A DNA stretch of 64,000 nucleotides from an uncultured Actinomycetota bacterium. GTDB lineage: Bacteria; Actinomycetota; Actinomycetes; Mycobacteriales; SCTD01. Below, in pieces: positions 33,141 to 44,186 of this stretch. The position numbers and the translations under genes were made by a program. The notes below the pieces were generated by a model that made no database searches, was not told where the DNA came from, and saw only the letters and a list, made by a program, of their open reading frames with translations. The stretch is taken from the NCBI GenBank assembly GCA_963762795.1, contig CAVXMC010000002.1:840717-904716 (forward strand). The letters run 5' to 3'. The stretch's first letter is position 1. Each line of letters opens with the position of its first letter.

Positions 33141-34259
33141 CTACGGCGACCCGGTCCGCGACACGACCGCCGTGCGGGTCCGGCTGATCACGGTCACCTT
33201 GCCGTTCACGGCGACGGCGGCCTGCACGTCGTGCCCGTACGGGGTCATCGGCCCGCCCCAGAAGACGTTGCTGCCCTTGCTCCCCTGCGCGGCGTAGCCG
33301 CGGTAGCTGCTGTCGGTCTCCGTGCCGGTCGTCCACGTGACGAACGAGGAGCCGGCGCTCGAGCCGATCCGCGGACGGTCGCCGCCGACCAGGAACTGGT
33401 GGCTGCGGAACGTGCCGGAGGCGTTGTCGGCCTCGACCACCTTGCCGTCGCGGGCGAACGCCAGGAAGGTCGCGCCCCGGCGCAGCACGTCCGGCGAGGA
33501 GTTCTGCTCGCCCTCCGTGGAGAAGGCGCGAGCGTTCTGCAGCGTCCCGGTCGTGCTCGTGGCGACCCACAGGTCGGACGGCCCGGGCTGAGCCGGGGCG
33601 GTCTGCCGCGACCAGGCCAGCACCATGCCGTTGGCGTCCACCGAGATCGACGGCTCCGCGTCGGACACGTCCGCCGCGGTCGAGGTCATCTGCGTACGCG
33701 CCTGCGGCGTGCCGAACGTCTTCGCCGAGAACAGCTGCCCGTGCGCGAACTCGCCGCCCGGGCCGACCTGCTCGTCCCAGACCGCCCACCAGCGGCCGCC
33801 GTGCGCGCCGACGTCGGCGCTCGGCACCGTTGCGCCGATCGGCCCCGACAGCGTGGTCACCGGGTAGAAGCGGCCGGTGTGGTCGCGCTTGGTGATGCGC
33901 ACCCGGTCGGGCTGGCCGGCGTCGCTGAACGTGAGGAAGACCAGGTAGGTCGAGACGTCGTCGGCGGCCACGCCGAGGGGCACGCCGCGGTAGGGCGTGG
34001 CGACCCGCGTCCAGCCCTGGCTGCCGCCCTGCACGTAGGTGATGACGTCGCCGCAGGCGGTGCTGTTGAAGCTGACGAAACCCCGTACCGCGCCGGCGGC
34101 GTAGACCGCGTCGGTGCCGCCGCCGCTGCCGGTCCGCGCGCAGGGAGGTGCCGACAGGGTCCGCTCCGGGCCGAACGAGGGCGCGGCCCCGGCGGGGGCC
34201 GCGCCCAGGCCCAGCAGAGCCGCGGCGGCCAGGGCGACGACGGGCAGGCGACGCTTCAT
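33141..34259 (-). CDS. Hypothetical secreted beta-rich (propeller-like) protein
   Basis: MKRRLPVVALAAAALLGLGAAPAGA signal peptide; repeated P-x-I/V...x-W motifs (DAEPSI, NSSPDV, GDRPRI); SD AGGAG. Confidence 0.65.
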   Translation of the reverse strand: MKRRLPVVALAAAALLGLGAAPAGAAPSFGPERTLSAPPCARTGSGGGTDAVYAAGAVRGFVSFNSTACGDVITYVQGGSQGWTRVATPYRGVPLGVAADDVSTYLVFLTFSDAGQPDRVRITKRDHTGRFYPVTTLSGPIGATVPSADVGAHGGRWWAVWDEQVGPGGEFAHGQLFSAKTFGTPQARTQMTSTAADVSDAEPSISVDANGMVLAWSRQTAPAQPGPSDLWVATSTTGTLQNARAFSTEGEQNSSPDVLRRGATFLAFARDGKVVEADNASGTFRSHQFLVGGDRPRIGSSAGSSFVTWTTGTETDSSYRGYAAQGSKGSNVFWGGPMTPYGHDVQAAVAVNGKVTVISRTRTAVVSRTGSP

Positions 34260-34289
34260 GCGGTGCTCCTGGGGACGGCGGGGGAGAAG

Positions 34290-34354
34290 CGTCCTGCGGG
34301 ACCGGCGGGAGGGCAAGGCCCGGGTCCGGTGTGTGCCGGATGTCCCGCAGGACG
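34290..34354. repeat. Single long-spacer inverted-repeat module
   Basis: CGTCCTGCGGGA-N41-TCCCGCAGGACG. Confidence 0.55.
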
Positions 34355-34402
34355 TGGCGCCCGCCCCGCGCAGCCCGGAGGAGCAGCCAGCAGGATGGGG
34401 CG

Positions 34403-35275
34403 GTGACCAGCCTCGGCGCGATCTTCCTGCCCCAGCTCCCGCCCGAGCGGCTGCGCGAGGTCGCCCGCGCCGCCGACGGCAGCGGCCTCGACCAGCTCTG
34501 GCTCTGGGAGGACTGCTTCCTGGAGAGCGGCATCGCCTCCGCCGCGGCGGCGCTCGCCTGGACCGAGCGGATGCAGGTCGGCATCGGCCTGCTGCCGGTC
34601 CCGCTGCGCAACGTCGCGCTGACCGCGATGGAGCTGGCCACGCTGCACCGGCTCTTCCCCGGCCGGCTGCACGCGGGGATCGGCCACGGCGTGCAGGACT
34701 GGATGGCGCAGGTCGGCGCGCAGGTCGGAGTCGCCGGTGACGCTGCTGTCGGAGTACGCCACCGCCCTGCGCGCCCTGCTGCGCGGTGACACCGTGACCA
34801 CGCAGGGCCGCTACGTGCAGCTGGACGGCGTCGCCCTGGACTGGCCGCCGCCCCGCCCGGTCGCGGTGCACGCCGGCGCGCACGGGGCCGCGCTCGCTGC
34901 GGCTGTGCGGCGAGGTCGCCGACGGGACGATCCTGACCGGCGGCACCACCCCGGACGGCGTCCGCGCGGCCCGGCGGCTCGTCGACGAGGGGCGGGCCGC
35001 TGCCGGGCGCACCGACCCGCACAGCGTGACCGTCTACCTGCTCGCCGCGACCGGGCCCGGTGCGGCGGAGCGGCTGGCCGGCGCGCAGCAGCGCTGGGGC
35101 TACGCCGCGCAGGACACCGGCGTCGCCGGCGACGCGCACGCGGTGGCCGACGCGGTCAGCCGCTGGGCCGAGGCGGGCGCCGACACGGTGGTGCTGCAGC
35201 CGACCGACGACGACCCCGACCCCGAGGGCTTCGTGCCGCTTCGCCGGGGGCGAGGTGCGCCCGCTGGTGGGATGA
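34403..35275 (+). CDS. LLM-class flavin-dependent oxidoreductase (frameshifts)
   Basis: LWLWEDCF, GIGLLPVPLRN, FPGRLHAGIGHG, EAGADTVVLQP. Confidence 0.85.
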
Positions 35276-35755
35276 CGCAGGATGGCCCGGTGTTCCGCGA
35301 CGGCGACGGCTGGGTCCAGTGCGCCGCGGGGCACCGGCACTGGGGCGTCTACGGCGCCGCCGGCCTGCTGCTGACCGCTCCCGGCGAGGACGGCGCGCCG
35401 CGGGTCCTGCTCCAGCACCGCGCGGCCTACAGCCACCACGGCGACACCTGGGGCGTCCCGGGCGGGGCCCGTGGCCGCGACGAGGGGCCGCCCGAGGCCG
35501 CCCTGCGCGAGGCGGCCGAGGAGACCGGGCTCGACCCGGCCGAGGTCGTCGTGGCCAGCACGCTACGTCGACGACCACGGCGGCTGGGCCTACACGACCG
35601 TGCTGGCCGGGGCCGGCCGCCTGCTCGAGGTGCACGCCGAGGACCGCGAGAGCACCGCGGTCGCCTGGGTCCCCGTGCCGGAGGTCGACGCGCTGGTGCT
35701 GCACCCCGGCTTCGCCGCGAGCTGGCCGGTCGTCCGCGGCCTGCTGCCGCGCTAG
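35272..35755 (+). CDS. NUDIX hydrolase (MutT3-like; frameshift near 35560)
   Basis: HWGVYGAAGLLL, WGVPGGARGRDEGPPEAALREAAEETG, LHPGFAASW. Confidence 0.9.
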
Positions 35756-36009
35756 TCCGACAGGCGGAGCAGCGCGAACAGGTCGTCCGGCCCGTACGTC
35801 AGGCAGACGCCCCCGGCGGTGGTCGTGACGATCATGACGATCAGCACCCACGCGGCGCCCCGGCGCCAGCCGTGCACCTGCGTCGGCATCGACGGCGGGA
35901 GGTAGGAGGTCGGCAGCGCGGTGCGCAGCTGGAGCTCCTGCCAGTGCGGGTCCGGCTCGAGCGCGCCGTCGCGCCCGTCGGGCACGTGGGCGTACGCGTC
36001 GGCGGCCAT
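35752..36009 (-). CDS. Small hypothetical membrane protein, 85 aa
   Basis: YLPPSMP...WRRGAAWVLIVMIVTTTAGGVCLTYGP; TACCCT 6 nt before ATG. Confidence 0.6.
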   Translation of the reverse strand: MAADAYAHVPDGRDGALEPDPHWQELQLRTALPTSYLPPSMPTQVHGWRRGAAWVLIVMIVTTTAGGVCLTYGPDDLFALLRLSD

Positions 36010-36029
36010 GCGCCGAGGGTAGGCGCGGA

Positions 36030-37348
36030 TCAGCCGAGCAGCAGCGCGAGGCCGCCGACGGTGAAGGCGACCATGACGACCAGCAGCGGGTACTGCGAGG
36101 TGCGCGCCTGGTCGCCCCGCACCAGGCGCACCGCGCGGTCGTGCGCCAGCACCACGCCGAGCACGTGGCCGAGCACGATGGCGCTGACCTGCACGCCGCT
36201 GATCGTCGACGGCGACACGGCCGTGTAGTCGACCGCGTCCCCGGCGGTGCCGAACAGGTCCAGCCCGGTGCGGAACGGGTCGCTCGCCAGGATCCAGGTC
36301 AGCTGCCCGTCGAGCAGGAAGAGCGAGAAGTAGTGCGCGATGGCGTAGCCGGCGGCGATCGGGACGATCGAGTGCGCGAAGTCGGGCGGGCCGCTGCCGG
36401 CGCCGGACAGCCGCTGCGCCAGGCCGGTGGCCGCGGCGTACAGGCCGCCCACGGCGAGCAGCGTGACGAGCAGGCCCAGCGTCGGCGGCAGGCCGGCGGC
36501 GTCGCCGCGGATGCCCGGGCCGGTCTGCCACCACTGCGTGCGCGTGACGCCGTCGAACGCGGTGGTCCCGACCAGCGCCATGACGAAGCCGGACAGCCCC
36601 GGCGCCCGCGCGCAGCCCGTCGGCGCCGTCGAGCGGGTTGCGCAGCACCAGCCGGCCGTCCTCGCGACGGCCGAACGGCGCGAGCCGCCCGAGCAGGCTG
36701 CTGTAGACCTCGAAGGCGTCGCCGCGGGCGAACCAGCCGGCGCCGAACCAGAGCGCGCAGATCAGCTGCACGACGGCGTAGACCACGAGGAAGACGCCGA
36801 CCGTGCCCGGTCGTGAGCGCTCGGGGTAGCAGAGCTCGAGCCAGGCGTAGGCGACCAGCGCGGCGGTCGCGGGCCAGTAGCCCAGGCGCGGGCAGCCGGT
36901 CCGCGGCGGGCGCCGGGCCGGTCAGCGGGACGAGCAGCGCGTGCAGGCTCCGCAGCGGGTTGACCCGGCGCCAGACCGGGCCGAGCAGCAGGCTGGCCGG
37001 GACGAGGCCGACCCAGAAGGTCACGTAGAAGGCGTAGACGCCGAGGTTCTCCGGCGGCTCGGCCGGCCCGACGAGGGCGACCGCGACGACGAGCAGCGTG
37101 AGCGCCAGCACGACGGCGCGCAGGACGAACGTCGTGACCGGGCTGTCGACCACCTTCTGCACGCCGGCGGGCAGCGGCGTGCCGGCCCGGTCGCCGCGCA
37201 GCCGCGAGCGCGGCCACAGCAGGCCGAGCGCGGAGAACGAGACGAGGACCGCGAGCGCCGCGCCGGTCAGCGAGGCCCAGAGCGGGACGGGCAGGTCGGC
37301 GCGGGTGCCGACGCCGTGCGCGAGCAGTGCGGGCGCGACCGGGCTCAC
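36030..37348 (-). CDS. Polytopic His-containing membrane protein (FedB-like annotation family), frameshifted
   Basis: AHGVGTRADLPVP, WRRVNPL, GDAFEVYS, FAHSIVPIAAGYAIAHYFS, SDPF, GHVLGVVLAHD, SQYPL. Confidence 0.7.
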
Positions 37349-37797
37349 TGCACCTGGAGCCGGGTCAGCTGCGTCCGGGACTCCTCCAGCTCGACCTCGT
37401 AGACGCCCGGCTTGTCGGCCACGAACTCCAGCTGCGCCGGCTGGTTCGCCGACACGTCCTGCGACAGGTCGTAGCCGTGCAGGTGGATCTCGTCGGCCAC
37501 GTCGGACAGCACGGTCAGGCGTACGCGGCTGCCGACCTTGACCTGGACCCGGCCGGTGTCACCGCTGACCTTGCCGCCGGCGACCGTGAGCTGGACCTCC
37601 TGGGCCGGCTGCGTGTCGTCCGGGACGTCCGTGCCGGTGGAGGGGGCGATCGGCGACGCCTCGGGCGACGCGGCGGCCGACGGCGCGGACGCGGCCGGCG
37701 GCGCGGTCACGGTGCTGTCGTCGTCGCTCCCGCACGCGGACAGCGTGGCGGTCAGCACCACGGGGAGCACGAGCAGGGACAGGCGAGGAGGGAGCAT
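37345..37797 (-). CDS. Lipoprotein with cupredoxin-like domain
   Basis: LSAC lipobox; GSRVRLTVLSDVADEIHLHGYD...PGVYEVELE. Confidence 0.75.
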   Translation of the reverse strand: MLPPRLSLLVLPVVLTATLSACGSDDDSTVTAPPAASAPSAAASPEASPIAPSTGTDVPDDTQPAQEVQLTVAGGKVSGDTGRVQVKVGSRVRLTVLSDVADEIHLHGYDLSQDVSANQPAQLEFVADKPGVYEVELEESRTQLTRLQVQ

Positions 37798-37869
37798 CAC
37801 GGCGAAGATCGTCCCACGGCCGCTGTGAAGGGTGCGTGTGGTCCCCGGGCTGTGGCAGGGTCCGGCCGC

Positions 37870-38331
37870 ATGACGACGATCTCCCGCACGGTCGAGGTGC
37901 AGGCACCGCCCGAGCGGGTGTGGGCGCTGGTGAGCGACCTGCCGCGGATGGGTGAGTACAGCCCGGAGAACACCGGAGGGCGCTGGGTGAAGGGCGGCGG
38001 CCCGGTCGTCGGGGCCGTCTTCCGCGGCGGCAACCAGCGCGGGTGGCGCCGCTGGAGCACCAGGGCGACGGTCACGCGGGCCGAGCCGGGGCGGGCCTTC
38101 GCCTTCGAGGTGGCCGTCGGCCCGCTGGCCGTCGCCCTCTGGTCGTACGACATCGCGCCGACCGCGACCGGCTGCACCGTGACCGAGGCGTGGGAGGACC
38201 GCCGGGGTGCGCTCATGAAGCCGCTCGGGGTCCTCGTCGCCGGGGAGCCGGACCGGGAGGGCTTCACCGGCCGCTCGATCGAGCAGACGCTCGCGCGGGT
38301 GAAGGCGACGGCGGAGTCCGCGTCGGCGTGA
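37870..38331 (+). CDS. SRPBCC (polyketide cyclase-like) family protein
   Basis: VQAPPERVWALVSDLPRMGEYSPE. Confidence 0.88.
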   Translation: MTTISRTVEVQAPPERVWALVSDLPRMGEYSPENTGGRWVKGGGPVVGAVFRGGNQRGWRRWSTRATVTRAEPGRAFAFEVAVGPLAVALWSYDIAPTATGCTVTEAWEDRRGALMKPLGVLVAGEPDREGFTGRSIEQTLARVKATAESASA

Positions 38332-38480
38332 CGCCCCGCGGCGCCGTCTGACACAGTGTGACCTGCGACACCCGGGACGGAGGTCCACCGCACACCCGCG
38401 GCGGCCTCCCGGTCCGGTCCCCGCCCCAGCCTCCGCCCGGCGACCCCGTGGTGGGGACCGAGCGCACGAGGAGCACGCCC

Positions 38481-39626
38481 ATGACGGCCCTGTCCGACGC
38501 CGTGACAGAGACCAGCCCGATCGCCACGAGCACCACCGCGGGACCGGAGCTGGTCCAGCTGCTCACCCCCGAGGGCGAGCGCGTCACGCACCCCGACTAC
38601 GACGTCGACCTGTCGGACGAGGACTACCGCGGGCTCTACCGCGACCTCGTGCTCGTGCGCCGCATCGACGTCGAGGCGACCGCCCTGCAGCGCCAGGGCG
38701 AGCTCGGCATCTGGGCCGCGCTGCTCGGTCAGGAGGCGGCGCAGGTCGGCTCCGGCCGGGCGCTGCGGCCGCAGGACTTCGCCTTCCCGACCTACCGCGA
38801 GCACGGCGTCGCGTGGTGCAAGGGCGTCGACCCGCTCAAGCTGCTGGGGCTGTTCCGCGGCGCGAGCAACGGCGGCTGGGACCCGCAGGAGAAGCGCTTC
38901 CAGCTCTACACGATCGTCATCGGCTCGCAGACCCTGCACGCCACCGGCTACGCCATGGGCATCACCAAGGACGGCGCGGTCGGCGACCCGGAGACCGGCG
39001 AGGCGGTCATCGCCTACTTCGGCGACGGCGCCAGCAGCCAGGGCGACGTCAACGAGGCGTTCGTCTGGGCCAGCGTCTACAACGCGCCGCTCGTCTTCTT
39101 CTGCCAGAACAACCAGTGGGGCATCAGCACGCCGACCGCCAACCAGACGCGCATCCCGCTCTACCAGCGCGCCCGCGGCTTCGGCTTCCCCGGCGTCCGC
39201 GTCGACGGCAACGACGTGCTCGCCACGTACGCCGTGACGCGCAAGGCGCTCGACGACGCGCGTACCGGACAGGGGCCGACCCTGGTCGAGGCGTTCACCT
39301 ACCGCATGGGGGCGCACACCACGTCCGACGACCCGACCCGCTACCGGCTCGCGGCCGACCTCGAGGCGTGGAAGCTCAAGGACCCGCTGGAGCGGATGAA
39401 GGCGTTCCTCTACAAGCAGCAGATCGTCGACAGCGCGTTCTTCGAGGGCGTCGAGCACGACGCCGACGAGCTGGCCGCGCGCATCCGCAAGGGGTGCCTG
39501 GAGATGCCCGACCCCGACCCGCTCAGCATCTTCGACGACGTCTACAGCGAGACGACGCCGCTGCTGCAGGAGCAGAAGGCCACCTTCGGCAGCTACCTGG
39601 CCGGCTTCTCGGGGGTGGTCCACTGA
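38481..39626 (+). CDS. pdhA: Pyruvate/branched-chain 2-oxoacid dehydrogenase E1 alpha
   Basis: [22 protein letters not shown]...NNQW ThDP motif, [10 protein letters not shown]; pdh versus bkd specificity cannot be resolved. Confidence 0.92.
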   Translation: MTALSDAVTETSPIATSTTAGPELVQLLTPEGERVTHPDYDVDLSDEDYRGLYRDLVLVRRIDVEATALQRQGELGIWAALLGQEAAQVGSGRALRPQDFAFPTYREHGVAWCKGVDPLKLLGLFRGASNGGWDPQEKRFQLYTIVIGSQTLHATGYAMGITKDGAVGDPETGEAVIAYFGDGASSQGDVNEAFVWASVYNAPLVFFCQNNQWGISTPTANQTRIPLYQRARGFGFPGVRVDGNDVLATYAVTRKALDDARTGQGPTLVEAFTYRMGAHTTSDDPTRYRLAADLEAWKLKDPLERMKAFLYKQQIVDSAFFEGVEHDADELAARIRKGCLEMPDPDPLSIFDDVYSETTPLLQEQKATFGSYLAGFSGVVH

Positions 39627-40603
39627 TGGCCCAGGTCACCCTCGCCCGCGCGCTCAACGAGGCGCTGCGCACCAGCATGGAGAACGACCCGAAGGTCCTG
39701 CTCATGGGCGAGGACATCGGCAAGCTCGGCGGCGTCTTCCGCGTCACCGACGGGCTGCAGAAGGACTTCGGCGAGGACCGCGTCTTCGACACCCCGCTGG
39801 CCGAGTCGGGCATCGTCGGCACGGCCATCGGCCTGGCGATCCGCGGCTACCGCCCGGTCTGCGAGATCCAGTTCGACGGGTTCGTCTACCCGGCGTACGA
39901 CCAGATCGTCAGCCAGCTCGCCAAGATGCACGCGCGCAGCAAGGGCACGATCCCGCTGCCCGTGACCATCCGCATCCCGTTCGGCGGCGGCATCGGCGCG
40001 GTCGAGCACCACAGCGAGAGCCCCGAGGCGTACTTCGCGCACACCGCCGGCCTCAAGGTCGTCGCCTGCTCGAACCCGGCCGACGGCCACGCGATGCTGC
40101 AGCAGGCGATCGCCAGCGACGACCCGGTCATCTTCTTCGAGCCCAAGCGGCGCTACTGGGAGAAGGCCGAGGTCGACCTGTCCCGCACGTCGTTCGACCC
40201 GCTGTGGTCGGCCCGCGTCGTGCGCCCCGGTCGCGACGCGACCCTCCTGGCGTACGGCCCGATGGTGCGCACCTGCCTCGACGCGGCAGCCGCCGCCGCC
40301 GAGGAGGGCAAGGAGCTCGAGGTGGTCGACCTGCGGTCGCTCTCGCCGCTCGACTTCCCCACCGTGCTCGAGTCGGTGCGCCGGACCAAGCGGCTGGTCG
40401 TCGTGCACGAGGCGCCGTCCTTCGTCGGGCTCGGCAGCGAGGTCGCGGCGCGGGTCAGCGAGGAGCTGTACTACGAGATGGAGGCCCCCGTGCTGCGGGT
40501 GACCGGCTTCGACACGCCCTACCCGCCGTCGCGGGTCGAGGAGGAGTACCTCCCGGACCTCGACCGGGTCCTGCACGCCGTCGACCGCTCGCTGGCCTAC
40601 TGA
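39626..40603 (+). CDS. pdhB: 2-oxoacid dehydrogenase E1 beta
   Basis: [37 protein letters not shown]. Confidence 0.92.
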   Translation: MAQVTLARALNEALRTSMENDPKVLLMGEDIGKLGGVFRVTDGLQKDFGEDRVFDTPLAESGIVGTAIGLAIRGYRPVCEIQFDGFVYPAYDQIVSQLAKMHARSKGTIPLPVTIRIPFGGGIGAVEHHSESPEAYFAHTAGLKVVACSNPADGHAMLQQAIASDDPVIFFEPKRRYWEKAEVDLSRTSFDPLWSARVVRPGRDATLLAYGPMVRTCLDAAAAAAEEGKELEVVDLRSLSPLDFPTVLESVRRTKRLVVVHEAPSFVGLGSEVAARVSEELYYEMEAPVLRVTGFDTPYPPSRVEEEYLPDLDRVLHAVDRSLAY

Positions 40604-42031
40604 TGTCGAGGCTCCGGGAGTTCAAGCTGCCCGACCTCGGCGAGGGGCTGACCGAGGGCGAGATCCTGCAGTGGATGGTGAAGCCGGGCGACACCGTCCT
40701 GCTCAACCAGCCGATCGTCGAGGTGGAGACCGCCAAGGCCGCGGTCGAGGTGCCGTCGCCGTTCGCCGGTGTCGTCACGCAGATCCACCACGAGGCCGGC
40801 GTCGGTCGTCGACGTCGGCTCGCCCATCATCACGTTCGACACCGACCCGGGCGCCGGGCCGCTGCCGGCCGCCCTCGGTGCGGCGGCCAACCCGGTCGAG
40901 TCGGCGGCGCCGCGGGCGGTCTCCGCGACCGGCAGCCTGGCCGAGGTCACCGCCGACGTCGTGCCGCCCGCCGCCAACGGCGCGCTGATCGGCGAGACCG
41001 GCGCCAACGGCCGCACCGCCACGCTGGTCGGCTACGGGCCGAGGTCAGGTGCGGCCACGCGCCGGGCCCGGGTCGACACCGCCGCCGGCGCCCGCCCCGA
41101 GCCGGCGCCCGCGCGCGTCTCGGCCGGCCAGGTCGGCCGGGCCGCAGCCGTCACGGTGGGCCGCAGCGACGGCGGCGTGTCGGTCCTCGCCAAGCCGCCG
41201 GTGCGCAAGCTGGCCAAGGAGCTCGGCGTCGACCTGACCGCGCTGCACGGCACCGGTCCGGCCGGCACCATCACCCGCGCCGACGTCGAGGCCGCGGCGG
41301 CTCCCGTCGCCGCAGCGCCCGCGTACGACCCGGGAACGCGCGAGCGGCGCATCCCGGTCAAGGGCGTGCGCAGGCTGACGGCCGAGGCGATGGTGCGCAG
41401 CGCGTTCACCGCGCCGCACGTGACGGAGTTCGTCACCCTCGACATGACGCCGACGATGGAGCTGCGCACGCGCCTCGCGGCCATGCCGGAGTTCGCCGGC
41501 GTGAAGGTGACGCCGCTGCTGTTCGTCGCCCGCGCCCTGCTGCTCGCGGTGAAGCGCAACCCGGAGATCAACGCGACGTGGTCCGACGACGAGATCGTCG
41601 TCAAGGACTACGTCAACCTCGGCATCGCCGCGGCCACCCCGCGCGGGCTGCTCGTGCCCAACGTCAAGGACGCCGACGCGCTGTCGCTGCGCGAGCTGGC
41701 CGTCGCGCTGCAGGCGCTGACCGAGACCGCCCGCGAGGGCCGCACGACACCGGCCGACATGCAGGGCGGGACCATCACCATCACCAACGTCGGCACCTTC
41801 GGCGTCGACAACGGCACGCCGATCCTCAACCCGGGCGAGTCCGCGATCCTGTGCTTCGGCGCGGTGCGGCCCATGCCGTGGGTGGTGGACGGCGCGGTGG
41901 TGCCGCGCCAGGTGACGCAGCTGTCGCTGTCGTTCGACCACCGCAACGTCGACGGCCAGCTCGGCTCGCAGTTCCTGTCCGACGTCGCGCGGGTGCTCTC
42001 CGACCCGGAGGTCGTGCACGCCTGGACGTGA
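40603..42031 (+). CDS. pdhC: Dihydrolipoamide acyltransferase E2 (frameshift near 40800)
   Basis: Lipoyl motif [37 protein letters not shown]. Confidence 0.92.
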
Positions 42032-42116
42032 TCCACGAGACACCGGGGCGGGGTATCGCGCAGGCCAGATCGCTGTTGTACAGGGTGCATCACCAGACAC
42101 GACAAGGGAGTCGGTC

Positions 42117-42251
42117 ATGAGCATCCTGCACCGCACCACGAAGACCACGAGCGACCGCAGCCGCGCCGTCCGCGCGCTGTCCCGGGCGATCCGCACGGCG
42201 CCGACGCCGGCGTCGCGCGAGGAGCTCCAGACGCTGATGACGCGTCTCTAG
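42117..42251 (+). CDS. Small protein, 44 aa (absent from ORF track)
   Basis: [55 protein letters not shown]-ending codons, followed by a hairpin. Confidence 0.7.
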   Translation: MSILHRTTKTTSDRSRAVRALSRAIRTAPTPASREELQTLMTRL

Positions 42252-42262
42252 CAGCAGCACTC

Positions 42263-42297
42263 CGAGGGGCCGTACGGGATCTCCGTACGGCCCTTCG
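42263..42297 (+). terminator. Hairpin after small protein
   Basis: CGAGGGGCCGTACGG-N5-CCGTACGGCCCTTCG. Confidence 0.65.
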
Positions 42298-42317
42298 CCG
42301 TCTCCTAGCCTGGGACC

Positions 42318-44119
42318 GTGACGACGACTCGGCAGGCTCGTGTCCGCGCTCCGGAGCTGGTCGGGGCGGGGGGCTGGATCGGCACCGGTGGCCACGACCT
42401 GACGCTGGCCGAGCTGCGCGGCAAGGTCGTGCTGCTCGACTTCTGGACCTTCTGCTGCGTCAACTGCCTGCACGTCCTCGACGAGCTGCGGCCGCTCGAG
42501 GAGCGCTTCTCCGACGTGCTGGTCGTCATCGGCGTGCACTCCCCCAAGTTCGCCCACGAGGCCGAGCACGACGCGGTGCTCGCCGCGGTCGAGCGCTACG
42601 AGGTGCACCACCCGGTGCTCGACGACCCGGAGCTCGCGACCTGGTCGCAGTACGCCGTGCGCGCGTGGCCGACGCTCTGCGTCGTCGACCCGGAGGGCTA
42701 CCTCGTCCACGTCGCCAGCGGCGAGGGCCACGCCGAGGGGCTGGCCCGCGTGGTCGAGGAGCTGGTCTCGGTGCACGCGGCGAAGGGCACGCTGCGTCGC
42801 GGCTCCGCGCCGTACGTCCCTGCCTCCGGTGGCCGAGACCGAGCTGCGCTTCCCCGGCAAGGTGCTGCTCCTGCCGGACGGCGACCTGCTGGTCACCGAC
42901 ACCGCGCACCACTCCGTCGTCCGCATGGCGCCCGACGGCGAGACGCTGCTGCGCCGCTACGGCACCGGCGCGCGCGGGCTGGTGGACGGCGCCTCGCCGT
43001 GCTTCGCCGAGCCGCAGGGGCTGTGCCTGCTGGAGGACGGCACGGTGCTCGTGGCCGACACCGCCAACCACTGCCTGCGCACGCTCGACGCTGGCGTCCG
43101 GCGTCGTGACCACCGTCGCCGGGACGGGCGAGCAGTGGCGTCCGGGCGACGCTGTGTCGGGGCCCGCGCTGTCGGTGCGGCTCTCGACGCCGTGGGACGT
43201 GTGCGTGTGGGACGGCGCGGTCGTCGTCGCGATGGCCGGGACGCACCAGCTCTGGACGTACGACGGGACGTCCGTCGGCGTGCTGGCCGGCACGACCGGC
43301 GAGGGGCTGCGCGACGGGGACGCGCTCAAGGCCTACCTGGCCCAGCCGAGCGGTCTGGCCGCCGGCGCCGACCGGCTGTGGTTCGCCGACGCGGAGACGA
43401 GTGCGCTGCGGTGGTACCGCGACGGGTCGATCGGGACCGCCGTCGGCACGGGCCTGTTCGACTTCGGGCACCGCGACGGTCCGGCCGCGGACGCGCTGCT
43501 CCAGCACCCGCTGGGCGTCGCGGTCCTGCCCGACGGCAGCGTCGCGGTCTGCGACACCTACAACGACGCGGTCCGGCGCTACGACCCGGTGACCGGTGAG
43601 GTGACCACGCTGGCGACCGACGTCCGCGAGCCGAGCGGCGCGGTCGTGGTCGACGGCGACCTCGTCGTCGTGGCCAGCGCGGCGCACCGGCTCGAGCGGC
43701 CCGTCGCGCCGGGCGCGATGCGCCGCGTGCAGGGGCAGGCGCAGCAGACGCAGCGGCCGGCGCACGGCCGTCGCGCCGGGGCCGGTCGCGCTGGAGGTGG
43801 TCTTCGAGCCGCCGGCCGGTCAGCACCTCGACGAGAGGTACGGCCCGGCGACCCGCCTGGTGGTGACCGCCTCGCCGGAGGAGCTGCTGGTCTCCGGCGG
43901 CGGCGCCTCGACCGGCCTGACGCGCTCGCTGGTGCTGGCGTCCGGCGTGCCGTCGGGGGTGCTGCACGTCGCGGCGACGGCGGCCTCCTGCGACGATCGG
44001 ACCGACGAGGCGAGCACCCCGCCTGCCACATCACCCAGCAGGACTGGGGCATCCCGCTCGAGCTCGTCGCCGGCGGCAGCCCCCGCGTCGCCCTGGTCCT
44101 CCGCGGCCTCGACACCTGA
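42318..44119 (+). CDS. Thioredoxin-like + NHL-repeat protein (frameshifts)
   Basis: LDFWTFCCVNC, GVHSPKF, VRAWPT; NHL repeats VTDTAHH, ADTANH, AMAGTHQLW, LLQHPLGV. Confidence 0.9.
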
Positions 44120-44186
44120 CAGCGGCGGGCGCCGTCGGCCCCCGGCCCTGGCGCAGCCGGCCCGGTGGCACCGCCGGGGCCGCCCC

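Noticed and set aside
38357-38372. CRP/GlxR-like site TGTGA-N6-ACACC upstream of pdhA
   Set aside because: Right half-site has two mismatches; insufficient alone.
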